Source: Callorhinchus milii
Lineage: Eukaryota
Assembly: GCF_018977255.1 (NCBI RefSeq)
Contig: NW_024704743.1
Coordinates: 90,460,001 to 90,524,000, forward strand
Direction: 5' to 3'
DNA length: 64,000 bases
The notes below the pieces were generated by a model. That model ran no database searches, had not been told where the DNA came from, and saw only the letters and a list, made by a program, of their open reading frames with translations. Position numbers and translations under genes: made by a program. Positions 12,674 through 24,599 of this stretch are shown piece by piece (within the stretch, counting starts at the first letter, position 1; each line of letters starts with the position of its first letter).

Positions 12674-12834
12674 CACGAATGATGACAACAATTGTGCATT
12701 TGACCCAGCGCCTGATCACGCCCTTCTGCGCGTCTCAAAGGCGGCTTCCCGGCACATACCGTGAAGCGCGTCGACTGTGAATTTGACTGTACGTTTTCTC
12801 ACAGTTACAACAGCGAAGCTCAACTGTGATAGTT

Positions 12835-12976
12835 ACTTGGGGAGGACACGTTTGCAGGGCAATGGGGAGGGAGCGGGGTCAGTGGGATTGATTTGGGCAG
12901 CACTTTTCAAAGAGCCGGCACAGGCACGATGGGCCGAACGGCCTCCTTCTGTGCCGTATGATTCTACGATTCTATG
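12835..12976 (+). mobile_element. CR1-type 3' tail fragment just upstream of the FZD6 promoter region
   Basis: gatgggccgaacggcctccttctgtgccgtatgattctacgattctatg, a CR1-type terminal hairpin with octamer repeats. Confidence 0.7.
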
Positions 12977-13097
12977 GTCCGCCGCGGATCTGTAATGCCA
13001 AACGGTATTTACCATCCGAAATACAAAAACAAAAATGCAAAATCGAAACTGGTTGTGAAATGCAGATTTCTTTCCGTGCCATCTGAAAAAAGAAAAG

Positions 13098-13419
13098 GAG
13101 TCCTGTGGCTCAGTGGTTAGAGCACTCGCTTTGCAAGTGAGAGACCTGAGTTCAATTCCAGGCAGAGGGCGAAACCTTGGGCAAGTTTCCTTACTCCACA
13201 CAGAGCCTAATAATAATCCCTCCAAAACCCAAAACAATAATAAAAATTGGTCATTTTCAATCTACGACTGTTTGTGGGACATTGCTGTGCGCAATTGGCT
13301 GCCGCGTTCACCCACAAATATACAGTCAATTCACTTTACAGTGTGTTCTGTGAAGCGCTTTGGGACGTCCTCCCGATGTGAAAAGCGCTATATCAAATGC
13401 AAGGGTTATTATTATTATT
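13098..13419 (+). mobile_element. tRNA-Ala-derived SINE (family B), young copy with shortened middle
   Basis: A-box TGGCTCAGTGG, anticodon arm CTCGC-TTTGCAA-GTGAG, B-box AGTTCAATTCC, then shared body, L2-like 3' end and (TTA)n tail. Confidence 0.85.
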
Positions 13420-13527
13420 AAAAGGGTAGTTTGACAATTTTTTGGTCTAAACCGTTCACCAGACCCTTTGAGCTTTCCAAGGAGGTCTGTGCTTTCTCTT
13501 TCCGATGCTGAATTCCAAACGTATGTT

Positions 13528-13737
13528 NAAAAAAAAGGCAAATACTGCAGATGCTAGAAATCTGAATTAAAAACACAAGTCACTGGGAACATGCAGCAGG
13601 TCAGGCAGCATCTATGGAGAGAGAGGAAAGTGAGTTAACATTTCAGCTTGATGACCTTTCGTCAGACTGATGAAAGGTCATCGATCTGAAAAGTTAACTG
13701 CCTGACCTGCTGCGGGTTCCCAACAACTTCTGTTTTT
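13528..13737. mobile_element. Palindromic Penelope-like (pLTR-derived) insertion with hammerhead-ribozyme cores on both strands
   Basis: Long imperfect inverted repeat centred at 13666. CTGATGA..stem..GAAA on + and CTGACGA..GAAA on -. Flanked by a 16-bp direct repeat attccaaac[g/a]tatgtt (13512-13527, 13738-13753). The family assignment is recalled, not searched. Confidence 0.7.
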
Positions 13738-16700
13738 ATTCCAAACATATGTTTTTTATTGGACTCCAGGAATGCAGCTTATTGGAGGGAAAGCAAAGCC
13801 AATAATTATAATAATCTGTGCATTCGATACAGTGCAGATCATGTCATCAAAATACCTCAAAATGCTTCACAGAATTTTACTGTGTATTTGTAATTGAATG
13901 CAGTAGCCAATTTTCACCTCGCAACATACTCTTGAACAGGCACAACAACACTTTGCATTTATATAACATCTTTGTCATAGAGTAACATCTCAAAGAAATT
14001 TATTGAGATGGTGCTAGACATCGAGCGGGAAGAGTGGGGAAGGGCTGAGGTCCCTGTAAGCATGGTCAAAGAGGTAGATTTTCAAGAAGCTTCTAAAGAC
14101 AGATAGAGAGTGAGATGGAAAGATTTAAGGGGAGAGTTCCAAAGACTAAGACAAAGTAGCTGAAGTTTAATGGTGGGGTAGGGAATATGCAATAGAGGGA
14201 TGAGCAGGAGAAAGCTACAGAGATGGGAATGGGCAAGGGCATGTAGGGATCTGTAGGTGAGACTGAGGATCTTGAAGTAATTCTAGTGGCAGACAGTGAA
14301 GCCTGACAAGTTTGGAATAAAGAGCAAGTGAAGCTCAGTGCAGGTGAGGATGCGAGTGGCCAAATTTTGGATGAACTGTGGAGCATCATACGTTTGGATA
14401 GTTAGGCAGCTTGCTGCAATCTTTTAAAAATAGGCACCACTGTGTTAATTCTCATTGACTCCCAATCTGATTTCAAATTTGTGTCAAGTCTATTTTCAGA
14501 CTTAAAGTAATCCAGTCAGGGCAAGCCCCTCTCTATCTCTATTTGATAAGAATCTTCTAGATCTTCTGTCAAAGGACATTTTATTGAACTCCAATTGAGT
14601 TCCCTAAAGAATGTGCTCCCTCCAGCAATCATAGATTGTTCTTATATCTGAAGCCTTTATCGTTACAATACTCCGCACTACTCTCATTGATTAATTCAAA
14701 ATACCCTCAAAGAAATAACCAGAGCCGTAGTACAGATTATTAATCACAATTAATAGTCACATTGCCAGTTAAAAGATATAGCAAAAGTTATGGTAGGATT
14801 CATATAGCGGTTGTGATTATTAATATTCTGTACCCAGTGCAAAGCATTTCCCACTGTTCATTTTCCACCATCTGGTGAAGACATAATATAAATTGAGATT
14901 GCTATAAAAGTGCTACTGCTTCCTATATGAGAGGAGATATACTTAATTTGCTTCATTCCATAGATGGGTATCTAATGTTTACAGTGCAGCTGTCCTAACC
15001 TGCAGCAAATTAACTTGGAGACCTGAGGAAATCACAACTTCATTTTGCTTGACTCTGGCCAAGTTAGCTCATCATGCAGCCAGAGCTGTCACACTGCAAA
15101 AACTGCTTAATAAAATGCGTTACTGAATACTTAACCAACCTATATAGGTTATTTAAACTTCCCGTTAATAGCATATACTCCATATGGTTGCTTTGCCCCA
15201 AACAAACGCCTTCATTCAAGTAATCTGGTGCAGGCAGATTCAGATTTTTTTCGTTTTACATGGTGAAATATTATTGTATTGGTGTTTTCTGAATATGTTC
15301 TTTGATTAAAATGCATAAATTGAAACAAATGTTGCTCATCCTAGGATCATGTCAATTTACAGCCATTCTGTTGAATTTCAGCCTACCACTCCTGTGCTGG
15401 CTTTCTGAAACGGCTGTCTGCTTAGTCCCAATCTTTTCCCTGTACCCTTTTATATTTACCTTTTTTTTCAAACATTTATTAAATAGCTGATATGGATCTG
15501 ACCTCAGTCAGTGTTCCGGGTAGGTTCCCCATACGAATGATTTTCTGTGGAAAACAATTTCTCCTAACCTCTGTTACCTTTGTTCTTTTGGCAGGTAACC
15601 TGAATTTATGCCCTTCAGGTAATTGACTCGGTATCCTGGAAAAATAGTTTCCTCCTGTTTGTTGTATATTTAAAATCTCTCTTTTTAGCAATGTAATTTT
15701 TTTTAAATTGGGCAGACAGCATTTATAAAATGTTTCTGTAATTATTCAGTTCTAACTTACTCTCTTCACCCACTCCTACTTTCTTCAAGTGGCAAGCTGC
15801 TTTAAGGTTCACTGAGACCAAAAATGTAAGAATTATTTTTGCAGATAAAGATTTTATCTTTCAAAACCTTTTGTGCACATACTTCCTTGAAATAGGAGGG
15901 AACGTTTACAATGAATCAAACTGAATGTGTGATGAATCGGTTAAGAGCTTTGCTGAGTACAATACAGTCCATAAATCAAGAACAGGCCAGTTTTTTTTAT
16001 CTCACACACTGAATGAGTCATGAAATACTGATGTTATGGTTGACAANTTTTTACTAAAAAGACAGCATAGCAAAAGCATTAGTAATCAGGGGTGGGAACC
16101 ACACTTGGAGGTGTTAATGTCAGAATTCCACACAGGACCCTCAAAATGGAAAGGGATTTTCTTGGTACATTTTATGTTCATCAAATTGAAGCATATGAGT
16201 GGAGAAGGTGACTTAACAATATGTACATGTTTTCTCTTGTTCAAACAGCATTAAACTTTTGTTGTCAATTTGTGCATTACCTATATTTCCTAAATTTGGT
16301 CCCAAAATTTGTTTGAATGCTTTTTATTAGAGAAGAATAATGCAATAGCTGCATTAACTACATGGTTACAGATTGAATTCATATGTTTTATAATCCTGTT
16401 TAGAATAATATCTTACTAAAGGAACAATAAATTCTGCATTACAGGGCAATCGGGGTTTATGTTATTACTAGGCCGCAAGGTTTAATAGCATCGCTATTAT
16501 AAATTGTTTTTCTACAGCAAAGCAAACGGCGCACTGGAGATTTGCACAATCAGGCATCAATTCACTCAAAGTCCCAACATGGGGCCTTAAACCCACAACC
16601 TTCCAACACAAAGACAAGAGCACTACATGAAGTCAGGTTGACACACGCAGAATTAGGACAGAGGATGTTCTAAATTAGACAACTATAAATTACACCGGGT

Positions 16701-17449
16701 GATTATCAGAAGTTTTGATGTAATCCTACTCCCTTCCTTAGAAAGATATAATATTTATATAATTAACACTCCAATGCTCCAATGTGTGGTCACTAGCACA
16801 AATACAGTACTGTAAGCCATTCGAAAGCTGCAAAGGCTCTGCAGGTTTCAAGTCTGCAATACGCAGGTAAGTTCGATACAAAATATTCAGTCACTTCTGA
16901 CTGGTGCTGTTTGATGTTGACAATAAAGCTCTGCGGTGAATCACAAGATTTATTCAATTTATTTTTTAAACAGTGACATTTGATAGCAGTTGAATAAAAA
17001 CACACAAAATATATGCTCAAAATTCAGACAAGTAGTTTGTATCGGTATAGTTTCCCACATAGGCACAAACATTAAGCGCTCTGAGATGCCGTCCGGCGTT
17101 GAGGGCGCTATATAAATCCAAGTCATTGTTGTTGTTGATTGCAGTTGTGCTGCAACATAACGCATGTAATTTTGCCCATTTTTCTGAATGACACATGAGC
17201 TTGTTCCTATTTTTAAGGTTAGTGATCAGTAGATGTATACCATGATATCATTCCAATTGGTTTAAAAAGGAACACATGGCGCAATAGGACTACAACGAAT
17301 AAATCAATGGGCATCTTAAAATATACTAATTTAGGTGTCTGTTTTATAAACAGAAATGAGAACACTGGTTAAATGATCAAGATTATTGCCTTTTTTTCAA
17401 CTGCCCAGCGTGAGATTCTCCCTTTAACCTTCATTTATTAGGAATGATT

Positions 17450-17820
17450 TTGAGCTCAAAGTCTACGCTGACACTCCATCTCAGTGCTTGGAGAACACAA
17501 CTTTGTTAGAGCTCCCATCCTTTGGATGAAGCATTAGACCAAGAACCGCTCTGCTTATATAGGTGCGCATTAAAGAATCCACAATACTATTCAAAAAGAG
17601 AAGGGAGTTTCTCCCAATATTCTGGTCAACAATTCTCAAGATTAATTGATCATTCATTTCTTGGTGTGTGCAAATTACCTCTGTATTCATCATCTATAAA
17701 TGCAGTCATTAAACTTCACAGTACAATTCCTGCGAAGCACAATCCTGTGAGATGCTTCCACAACGTGACAAGGTACTATATAAAATGTGAGGATTAATTA
17801 TTATTGTTATTATTATTGTT
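17450..17820 (+). mobile_element. Family A (Deu) SINE, diverged
   Basis: gctgacactcca...tttggatga...aagagaagggagtttctccc...tail with (TTA)n. Confidence 0.65.
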
Positions 17821-19074
17821 CCCCCTGCTCTCTCCCACCACTACAGTGAGAGAGAGAAAGATACAAACTTGCACCTGTTTTCTCCCCCATTCGGCATGAC
17901 AAAAATGAAGCACTGAGCAGAGCATGGGAAATCTAATCTGCATCCTCCCACGCTGCAACACTGAGTGTCACTACTCCAATGCTCACAGAGGTGAGCTGCT
18001 CATTATACGATTTAATTGCCAGATTGTTAGGGGGTAGAATCCTAACGTTGGCAATGCTACAGTGAACAGTGGCAATTAAGTCTGGTTATATGAGTCATGA
18101 TATCTACTGGTTATCCAAACACACTTTCAGAAATCTGAAGATGAAGCATATAGTTCTTTCATGGAGCCTTGAACTTGCTAGGTTACTGTGGTATGTGCTA
18201 ATATGCAGCAAATTAAGTACAGTAATGCTGTATACAGGATTTATCTGAATACCCCCTGCTCCATATCCACCAAATATTTTTTAGTAGAGAGAGATCATAG
18301 ATAGATAGATATTTGAGTTGGCAATAATGGCATAAAATAAAATCCTAGCTAATTAACAGCTAACCTTATTCACCCCATCATAAGTGAAACAATGATTATT
18401 GTTGACATCCTTTAATTGAGAATGGCTCACGTTAATAAGGACTGCTCACTCAGAGGACAAAAGATTTGAATTATCCTGATTCAATTGGCGGCTCTCTTGC
18501 CTCTGACTCGAAAAGTTGTGGTTAAAGCATAAATCCGGTCAGGACTTTGAGCTCACAGATATGCCAATGCAGTTCTGGGGGTGCTGCTGCATTTTCCTTT
18601 TAGAAAACTCATGTCAATGTAAAAGACAGCAGGTTAAATGAGAGTCTACAGACATCCCTGTGCCTTGCTGCCTCCCTCGCCACTTTTAAAGCCCTTTGTT
18701 TTTGACTGTGCTTTTGGTCACCTCTCCCCCATCTTTGGCTCTATGAATTGTTGTGACTCGCCCTCCCAGCATGAAAAGTGCTGTATAAATGGAAATTTTT
18801 TATTGTTTTGACAACATCTTAAAAACCGTGGCTATTTCCAGTTGAACTATCCTGTTTTGCACATTACAAATCTTTTGTCTTTACTCCATGTCACATCTCT
18901 ATCCTGTATTAGGTAGTCACTTGCAACGTACAAATGCAGCATTTCATTTGCAAGTGGGGTTTGAGCCTACAATCCTCAGAGGCAAGAGTGCGACCAATTG
19001 ATTCAGGCTGACACCTGAGCAGCATGTATACAAAGTGAATTACAAGTACCTTTGAATTTGTAATTAACCAGCAA

Positions 19075-19470
19075 TGAAAAGGATCCCAAAATCATTAGCT
19101 GTAAATACATAATTCAATAATGCATCGCAAGTAAGAGGACCTGAGTTTGATTTCTGGGCAGGGCGAAATGTTGGGCAACTTTCCTTATTCTACACGCCTC
19201 TGTTTGCCTAGCAGTAAGTAGGAACCCGATTGTTAGTCGAATGGCAGATTGCTTTTCCTGGGGTCATAAACCCTTCAAAAATAAATAAATAATAATAATT
19301 TGGTCACTCAATCCACAACTGTTTGTGGGATATTGCTGTGCACAAATGGCTGCTGCATTTCCCCCGCAAAATGTACAGTCAATTGACTTTACAGTATATT
19401 TTGTGAAGCTCTTTGAGATGTCGCGAACACGTGATAAGGTGCTATATCAAATGCAAGGATTATTATTATT
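19075..19470 (+). mobile_element. Family B SINE, 5'-truncated
   Basis: B-box, body gcctctgtttgcctagcagtaagtagg, shared 3' half and (TTA)n tail. Confidence 0.8.
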
Positions 19471-21284
19471 ATCATTAATATCTGTAATTCCCTTTGTACA
19501 AGTGTGCTGTACATGGCTTGCCTCAGGCAAATCATATGTACGTACACGTGTACAACTCCCAGGCAGTTGTTTAACTATTACAATTACTTTACAATTGTTT
19601 ATACCAATTAAATAACAATGGTTAATGTCGCTTCACTTTGCAAACGGAAGAGGAAAAGTTCTATTGAGTTTGCTCTTTCAGTTCCGAATCACTAATTCGA
19701 TTACATTTAAAGCAACGCATATGATCGTCCAATACATCTATGGGGTGAAATTAGTTTTGTTTCATAATCTGATGACATCTGATGAATGACACATCAAATA
19801 GGATATGAAACGCCACAGATTTCGTATCGTTCTGTATTGAGTTATGATGAGTTATTCCCTCCCCTCTGATTTATCACATTTATGATTCTACATCTCATGC
19901 CACTTCTACAGCATCATGGCGCCATCTTGGGGAATTAAGATGCCAAGGCCAGTCCCTGCCATCCTTGAAACACAGTTTTAGCCATGCAGGTTTTCAGCAA
20001 TGGAGCAGCGTTTAACACAGGGATTCACTTGGACTATAATGAGCCGTCGGGAGTGGGTGGAAGAAGAATCATTGGAAAGGGGATGGTTAATGATCATGGA
20101 GTTAATTATTGAACTGTAGGAAATTAGTGACAGTGAAATTAGTGTTGTAGAAATGGCACAGTGAAATTATCACAGCAAGCAGCTTATGAAAGGTTAACTT
20201 TACCCCACACTCTGAATATGATGTAAATTGATCTGAAAATAGAATACAGCATGATTCATGCAAACCAAATAGATGACAATAATACGACTTGGATTTATTT
20301 AGCACATTTTGTAAAATAAACATTTTGAAGCAACTACTGAATAGTATTGATTGAATAATATTTTAATATTGATTGATATTATAAATCAAGTGACTGTTGT
20401 TATACAGGCAAACTCAGCAGCTAATCTGAATTGCATTGTCCCTCAAACAAAAGCTGTGTTTGGTAAAAAGCGTAGTCAAAAGCTGTGAATCTGGTAGTGA
20501 ATTTAGGTAAGGAAGGGGATTTTAGTTAGGATAACTGAGAGAAAACTCCACATTTCTTTGAAGTGGCAATGGCAAGCAATGTCCATGTGAATCACAAGGC
20601 AGACAGAACCTAAAAATAATAACACTTTCAAAAAATGATCTGGAAGATTATCTGCAAATAAATACTTAATATGTACACAATATAGAATGTTGCAAACAGT
20701 GTGCACTATAAATCCATGTAAAATAAATAAATGTAGCTTTTTGTGGCAGGCCCAAATACTAAGTTACACCTAGTTTTTCATTTGTCAGAATATTAAATTG
20801 CAAAATACATGCTCTGTTAATGTAGAGTGTAAGTGTGTTATTTTGTTCAGCATGACGCAACACTAAAAGAATATTTATCGCCATGGAACAAATATATGTG
20901 GTTGAAGGACTAAGAGTCAAAAAACTATCAATTTCCTTTCCCCGCTGTCAACTCAATTCCAATGTGAGAGCACAGTTCAGAATTAATTAGGTACATCATG
21001 AATGTGCCAAACAGAAGATGCTCACTAAAATATAATAGAGATAGACACAGGCATTATCCACATTTATATTCGGTGTTACCCTTGTTTGACCTACTGTACA
21101 GAGTACTAATGAGGTAGGGCTGATCATGTACATAACTGCTAAAAACTGTAAGATGCTGGCTCACAGAAACCAGCAGCAAGAGGCCTCCGGGATGCAGAGC
21201 AATTAAGTGACTTTTGGTATATCCTCGAGATCAGTAACACATATTAATACACAGTAAGAATAAACCAACAGGTTTGTGTTTGGT

Positions 21285-22170
21285 GTAAGTTGAACATCAG
21301 CAAGACCAAGGCTCTCCCGATTGGCTCGCACCAGCGCCTCCGCAACTCAGGCACTGGCAGCATCAGGATCCACGGATGCACACTCCACCTCACCAAGCCA
21401 GTCAGGAACCTAGGCATCTTGTTCAACCCTCAACTGTCCTTTCTCCCCCACATCCGTGGCATGACCCGCTCTGCCTTCCCCCACTTACATAATGTTGTCC
21501 GACTCCTCCACTGCCTCATCCCTTAGGCCACCGAGACCCTCATACATGCATTCATTACAACCAGGCTCGACTATGCCAACGCCCTGCTTGTCAGCCTTCC
21601 CAACTCTTCCTTCCATGAACTGCAGATCATTCAGAACTCTGCAGCTTGTGTTCTTTCCCAGACCAGGCTCCGTGACCCCATCACCCCCAACCTTGCCCGG
21701 CTTCACTGGCTCCCCATTACTCAGAGGATCGAGTTCAAAATCCTCATCATCACTTTCAAAGCCCTCCATGGCCTTGCTCTCTTCTACCTCTCCAACCTGC
21801 TAAACCCTTACCAACCTGTCCGCTCCCTCTGCTCAGCAGGCTTCGGCCTGCTATATGTCCCCCGCCCGGCCCACCCTACCATCAGCAGTTGGGCTTTCAG
21901 CCTCTCTGCCCCCACACTCTGGAACTCCATCCCACATTTCCTTCACCTTGCTCCCTCCATTGCCTCCATCAAGGTACGCCACAAGACCCTCCTCTTTGAC
22001 CGTGCCATGACCACCCTCATACCCTCTCTGTCCTGCACCCTCCATGATCCCAATCCCCACCCCTACGCCCCCCGCTTGGGTCCTAATCCCTAATCCCTGA
22101 CTGTTCAGTGCCGTGGGACGTCCTCTCGACATGAAATGTGCTTTCCAGTGCAATTTTGTATTGTATTGTA
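21285..22170 (+). mobile_element. L2-clade LINE 3' fragment (degenerate ORF2 C-terminus and tail)
   Basis: Frameshifted LNISKTK...VRNLGILF...RLDYANALL...IIQNSAA...ARLHWLPITQRIEFKIL; ends in the L2 3' motif and (TTGTA)n. Confidence 0.9.
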
Positions 22171-22597
22171 AGTCCCGTAGCCTAGTGGTTAAAGCATTCG
22201 TCTCGCAAGTGATGAAAAGGACCACAAAATCATTGGCTATAAATAAATAATTAAGAGGATCGCAAGCGAGAGGACCCGTGTTCAATACCCGGCAGGGAAA
22301 AATGTTGGACAAGTTCCATTACTCCACACGCCTCTGTTTACCTAGCAGTAAGTAGGCACACAATTGTTGGTCGAATGGCAGATCACTTTTCTGGGGGGTA
22401 ATAATCCTTTCAAAAATTATAACAATAATAATTTGGTCACTTCAATCCACGACTGTTTGTGGGATACTGCTTTGAGCGATTGGCTGCCGCATTTCGCCCA
22501 CAAATATACAGTCAATTCACTTTACAGTGTATTCTGTGAAGTGCTTTGAGACATCTCAAAGGCATGATAAGGTGTTATATCAAAGCAAGGATTATTA
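22171..22597 (+). mobile_element. Family B SINE, full length, with an insert in the anticodon region
   Basis: A-box tagcctagtgg, B-box gttcaatacc, full body and (TTA)n tail. Directly follows the (TTGTA)n tail of an L2 copy. Confidence 0.85.
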
Positions 22598-23007
22598 TAT
22601 ATTATATATTACATTATATACTCAAACCTTTCCAATCCACTGTTATGTTCCCCAAACACTACAGAATTGTTTAACATATTGAGGGACCCACTCTATCGCC
22701 CACAGTATTGCTTGCTTCCAATCAAAAATATTAAGGTATCCATCTTTAAACATTCCTTCCTAAAAAAACATTGGGAAGTTGAACTGCAATGGTGCATTAA
22801 AGAACCATATAAATTAAACTAGAAAGGGGTAAGTGTGATCCCTGGTCTGTGCAGTATCAGCTGATCTGGCAACAGGTACACAACCTTTGTCTTCATAGCC
22901 CCTATGTTATGAGGGAATAGAATCAACAAGGATTCCACTTCTGATATTTATCTAGTAACACCTTGCTGGAAAGTACATATAGGACGAGGATAGGATGCTG
23001 ACATTAT

Positions 23008-23422
23008 CATAATAATCCTTACATTTGATATAGCACCTTTCACATCAGGAGGACTCAAAGTGCTTCACAGTATTGTGAATTGTAAGTGACTGTGTATTTC
23101 GTAGATGAAAATGGTAGATAGTTTCGCACAGCAGTCTCCCACAAAAAGCCATGAAGTGAATGAGTAATTTTATTTGAGGGATTCTTGGCCAGGACACTGG
23201 GGAAAACTCCCTTCTCTTTTCGAATAAGGGATCTCCCACATCCACCTGAACAGGCAGATGGAACCTCAGTTTAACGTCTCATGGGAAGGATAGCATCTCC
23301 AACAATGCAGCAAACCCGAGCACTGCATTGGAACATCAGCCTAGACTCATGAGCTCAAAGTCCTATGATAAGGACAACCTTCTGACTCAGAAGCAAGAGT
23401 GATACCAACTGAGCTAAGCTGA
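23008..23422 (-). mobile_element. Deu-domain-type tRNA SINE (family A, SacSINE1/AmnSINE1-like), near full length
   Basis: Reverse complement reads tcagcttagctcagttggtatcactcttgcttctgagtcagaaggttg...gagacgttaaactgaggttccatctgcctgttcaggtggatgt...gtgtcctggccaa..., matching the recalled DeuSINE consensus. Many copies in the window. Confidence 0.75.
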
Positions 23423-23775
23423 CCAGAATGAAGAAGATTATTTGAGTGACACAATGAAGGATTTTGATTGCTGAAGAACTGTACCTCAGCATGAGCCACT
23501 AGCATGGTAGGAGGAGGAAGCAGAACATTGGAAAGCAATTACAAGTGTGTTGCTCATTAGTCTGATCCTTCCACGAGTAGGTAGTTTGTTGACAGTTAAA
23601 TTAAATGCAAATAAATGCAAGGTACTGCATATAGGAAATACAGTAATAGGAGGAATACTTCATAAGTGGGATAGAACATTGCCAAGGAAGATAATGAAAG
23701 AAACCTGGGTCTGTTAGTTGACTTGTTCTTCCTTCTTGAAAAGAGACCTCACAAAAAGGACCTATAAGATGTTAA

Positions 23776-23886
23776 CAAAACGCAAACTAGATGAAGGGTC
23801 ATGGACCCAAAACATTGACTCACTTTCCTTTCTCTATAGATACTGCTTGACCTGCTGAGTGTTCCCAGCAACTTCTGTTTTTGTTT
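23776..23886 (+). mobile_element. Second, single-arm copy of the same Penelope-like element, inserted into a CR1 fragment
   Basis: Arm matches the 13.6 kb element (gacctgctg..gttccca.caacttctgtttt). Degenerate core CTAGATGAA-GGGTC ATG GACCC-AAAAC. Flanked by tataa[g/t]atgttaa (23763-23775, 23887-23899). Confidence 0.7.
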
Positions 23887-24599
23887 TATAATATGTTAAA
23901 TGGGATAGAAAAAACAAACATGGAATCATACTTTCAGATACGCCAAGGCATCAAGGCAAAAGGTCACAGGTTTAGTGTTGTGAAGCATACATTTAGGACA
24001 AATGTCAAGTAGTATTTCTTTACACAAATAATAACTTTAAAGATTTATAAGTAGGTATAAAGAATTCCATTATAAGATTTTTTTTAAGTGCCATGCTTTG
24101 TTAAACAAATTATTTTTTTCCATCTTGGTTTTATGTTGCAGGAGATATAATCATATATAATTTCACTTTTGGATTTCTTAACCACATATTGCCATTGAAT
24201 ATTATTTGCTAAAGAAGAAATTGTGTGCATGTCATTATCTAAAAGTACCACAACTTGTTGGTCAGCGCTGAGAGAACACATGAATATAAATATATTCTGA
24301 CTAGAGAATCATTTACTCAGCATTATCTCCAATCAGGCATGCAAAGTGTGCACAGGAAATTGCCTTGGCCTTCAAATAAATTACAGTACTCATATGTGGT
24401 GGACACAGTAAGACCTGAGCACAATTGTACTCTCCTAAAAGCAAGTATAATAAGTTTAGGAAGACTGGGTCCCCTTTTCATCTTACTGCTATCAGATAGA
24501 AGACAATAAAAAAAATTAAGTCATAACATAAGTACAGTGTGGGTGTGCTTGTTTATTTCTTGACCATATTTCATGTCTTACAATAAATTTTCAGAGACT

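Larger units (their letters stand above)
11990..12790 (-). promoter_or_regulatory. CpG-rich region, likely FZD6 promoter / non-coding first exon
   Basis: The clearest CpG/GC-rich non-coding stretch in the window, 1.2-2 kb upstream of the FZD6 start-codon exon. Donor-like GAG|gtcagt on the minus strand near 11991. The TSS cannot be placed from sequence. Confidence 0.55.

Noticed and set aside
11684..12780. Long ORFs (up to 204 aa) on both strands around 12 kb
   Set aside because: Low-complexity translations of microsatellites in GC-rich DNA with few stop codons.
13098..13170. tRNA-Ala(TGC) gene
   Set aside because: It has A/B boxes and an anticodon arm, but poor acceptor and T stems, and it runs straight into a SINE body and tail repeated elsewhere in the window. 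It is a SINE head.
14730..14833. Imperfect inverted repeat (gtacaga..taatcacaa / ttgtgatta..tctgtac) as a MITE
   Set aside because: Short, AT-rich, interrupted arms with no TSD or second copy; cannot be told from chance.
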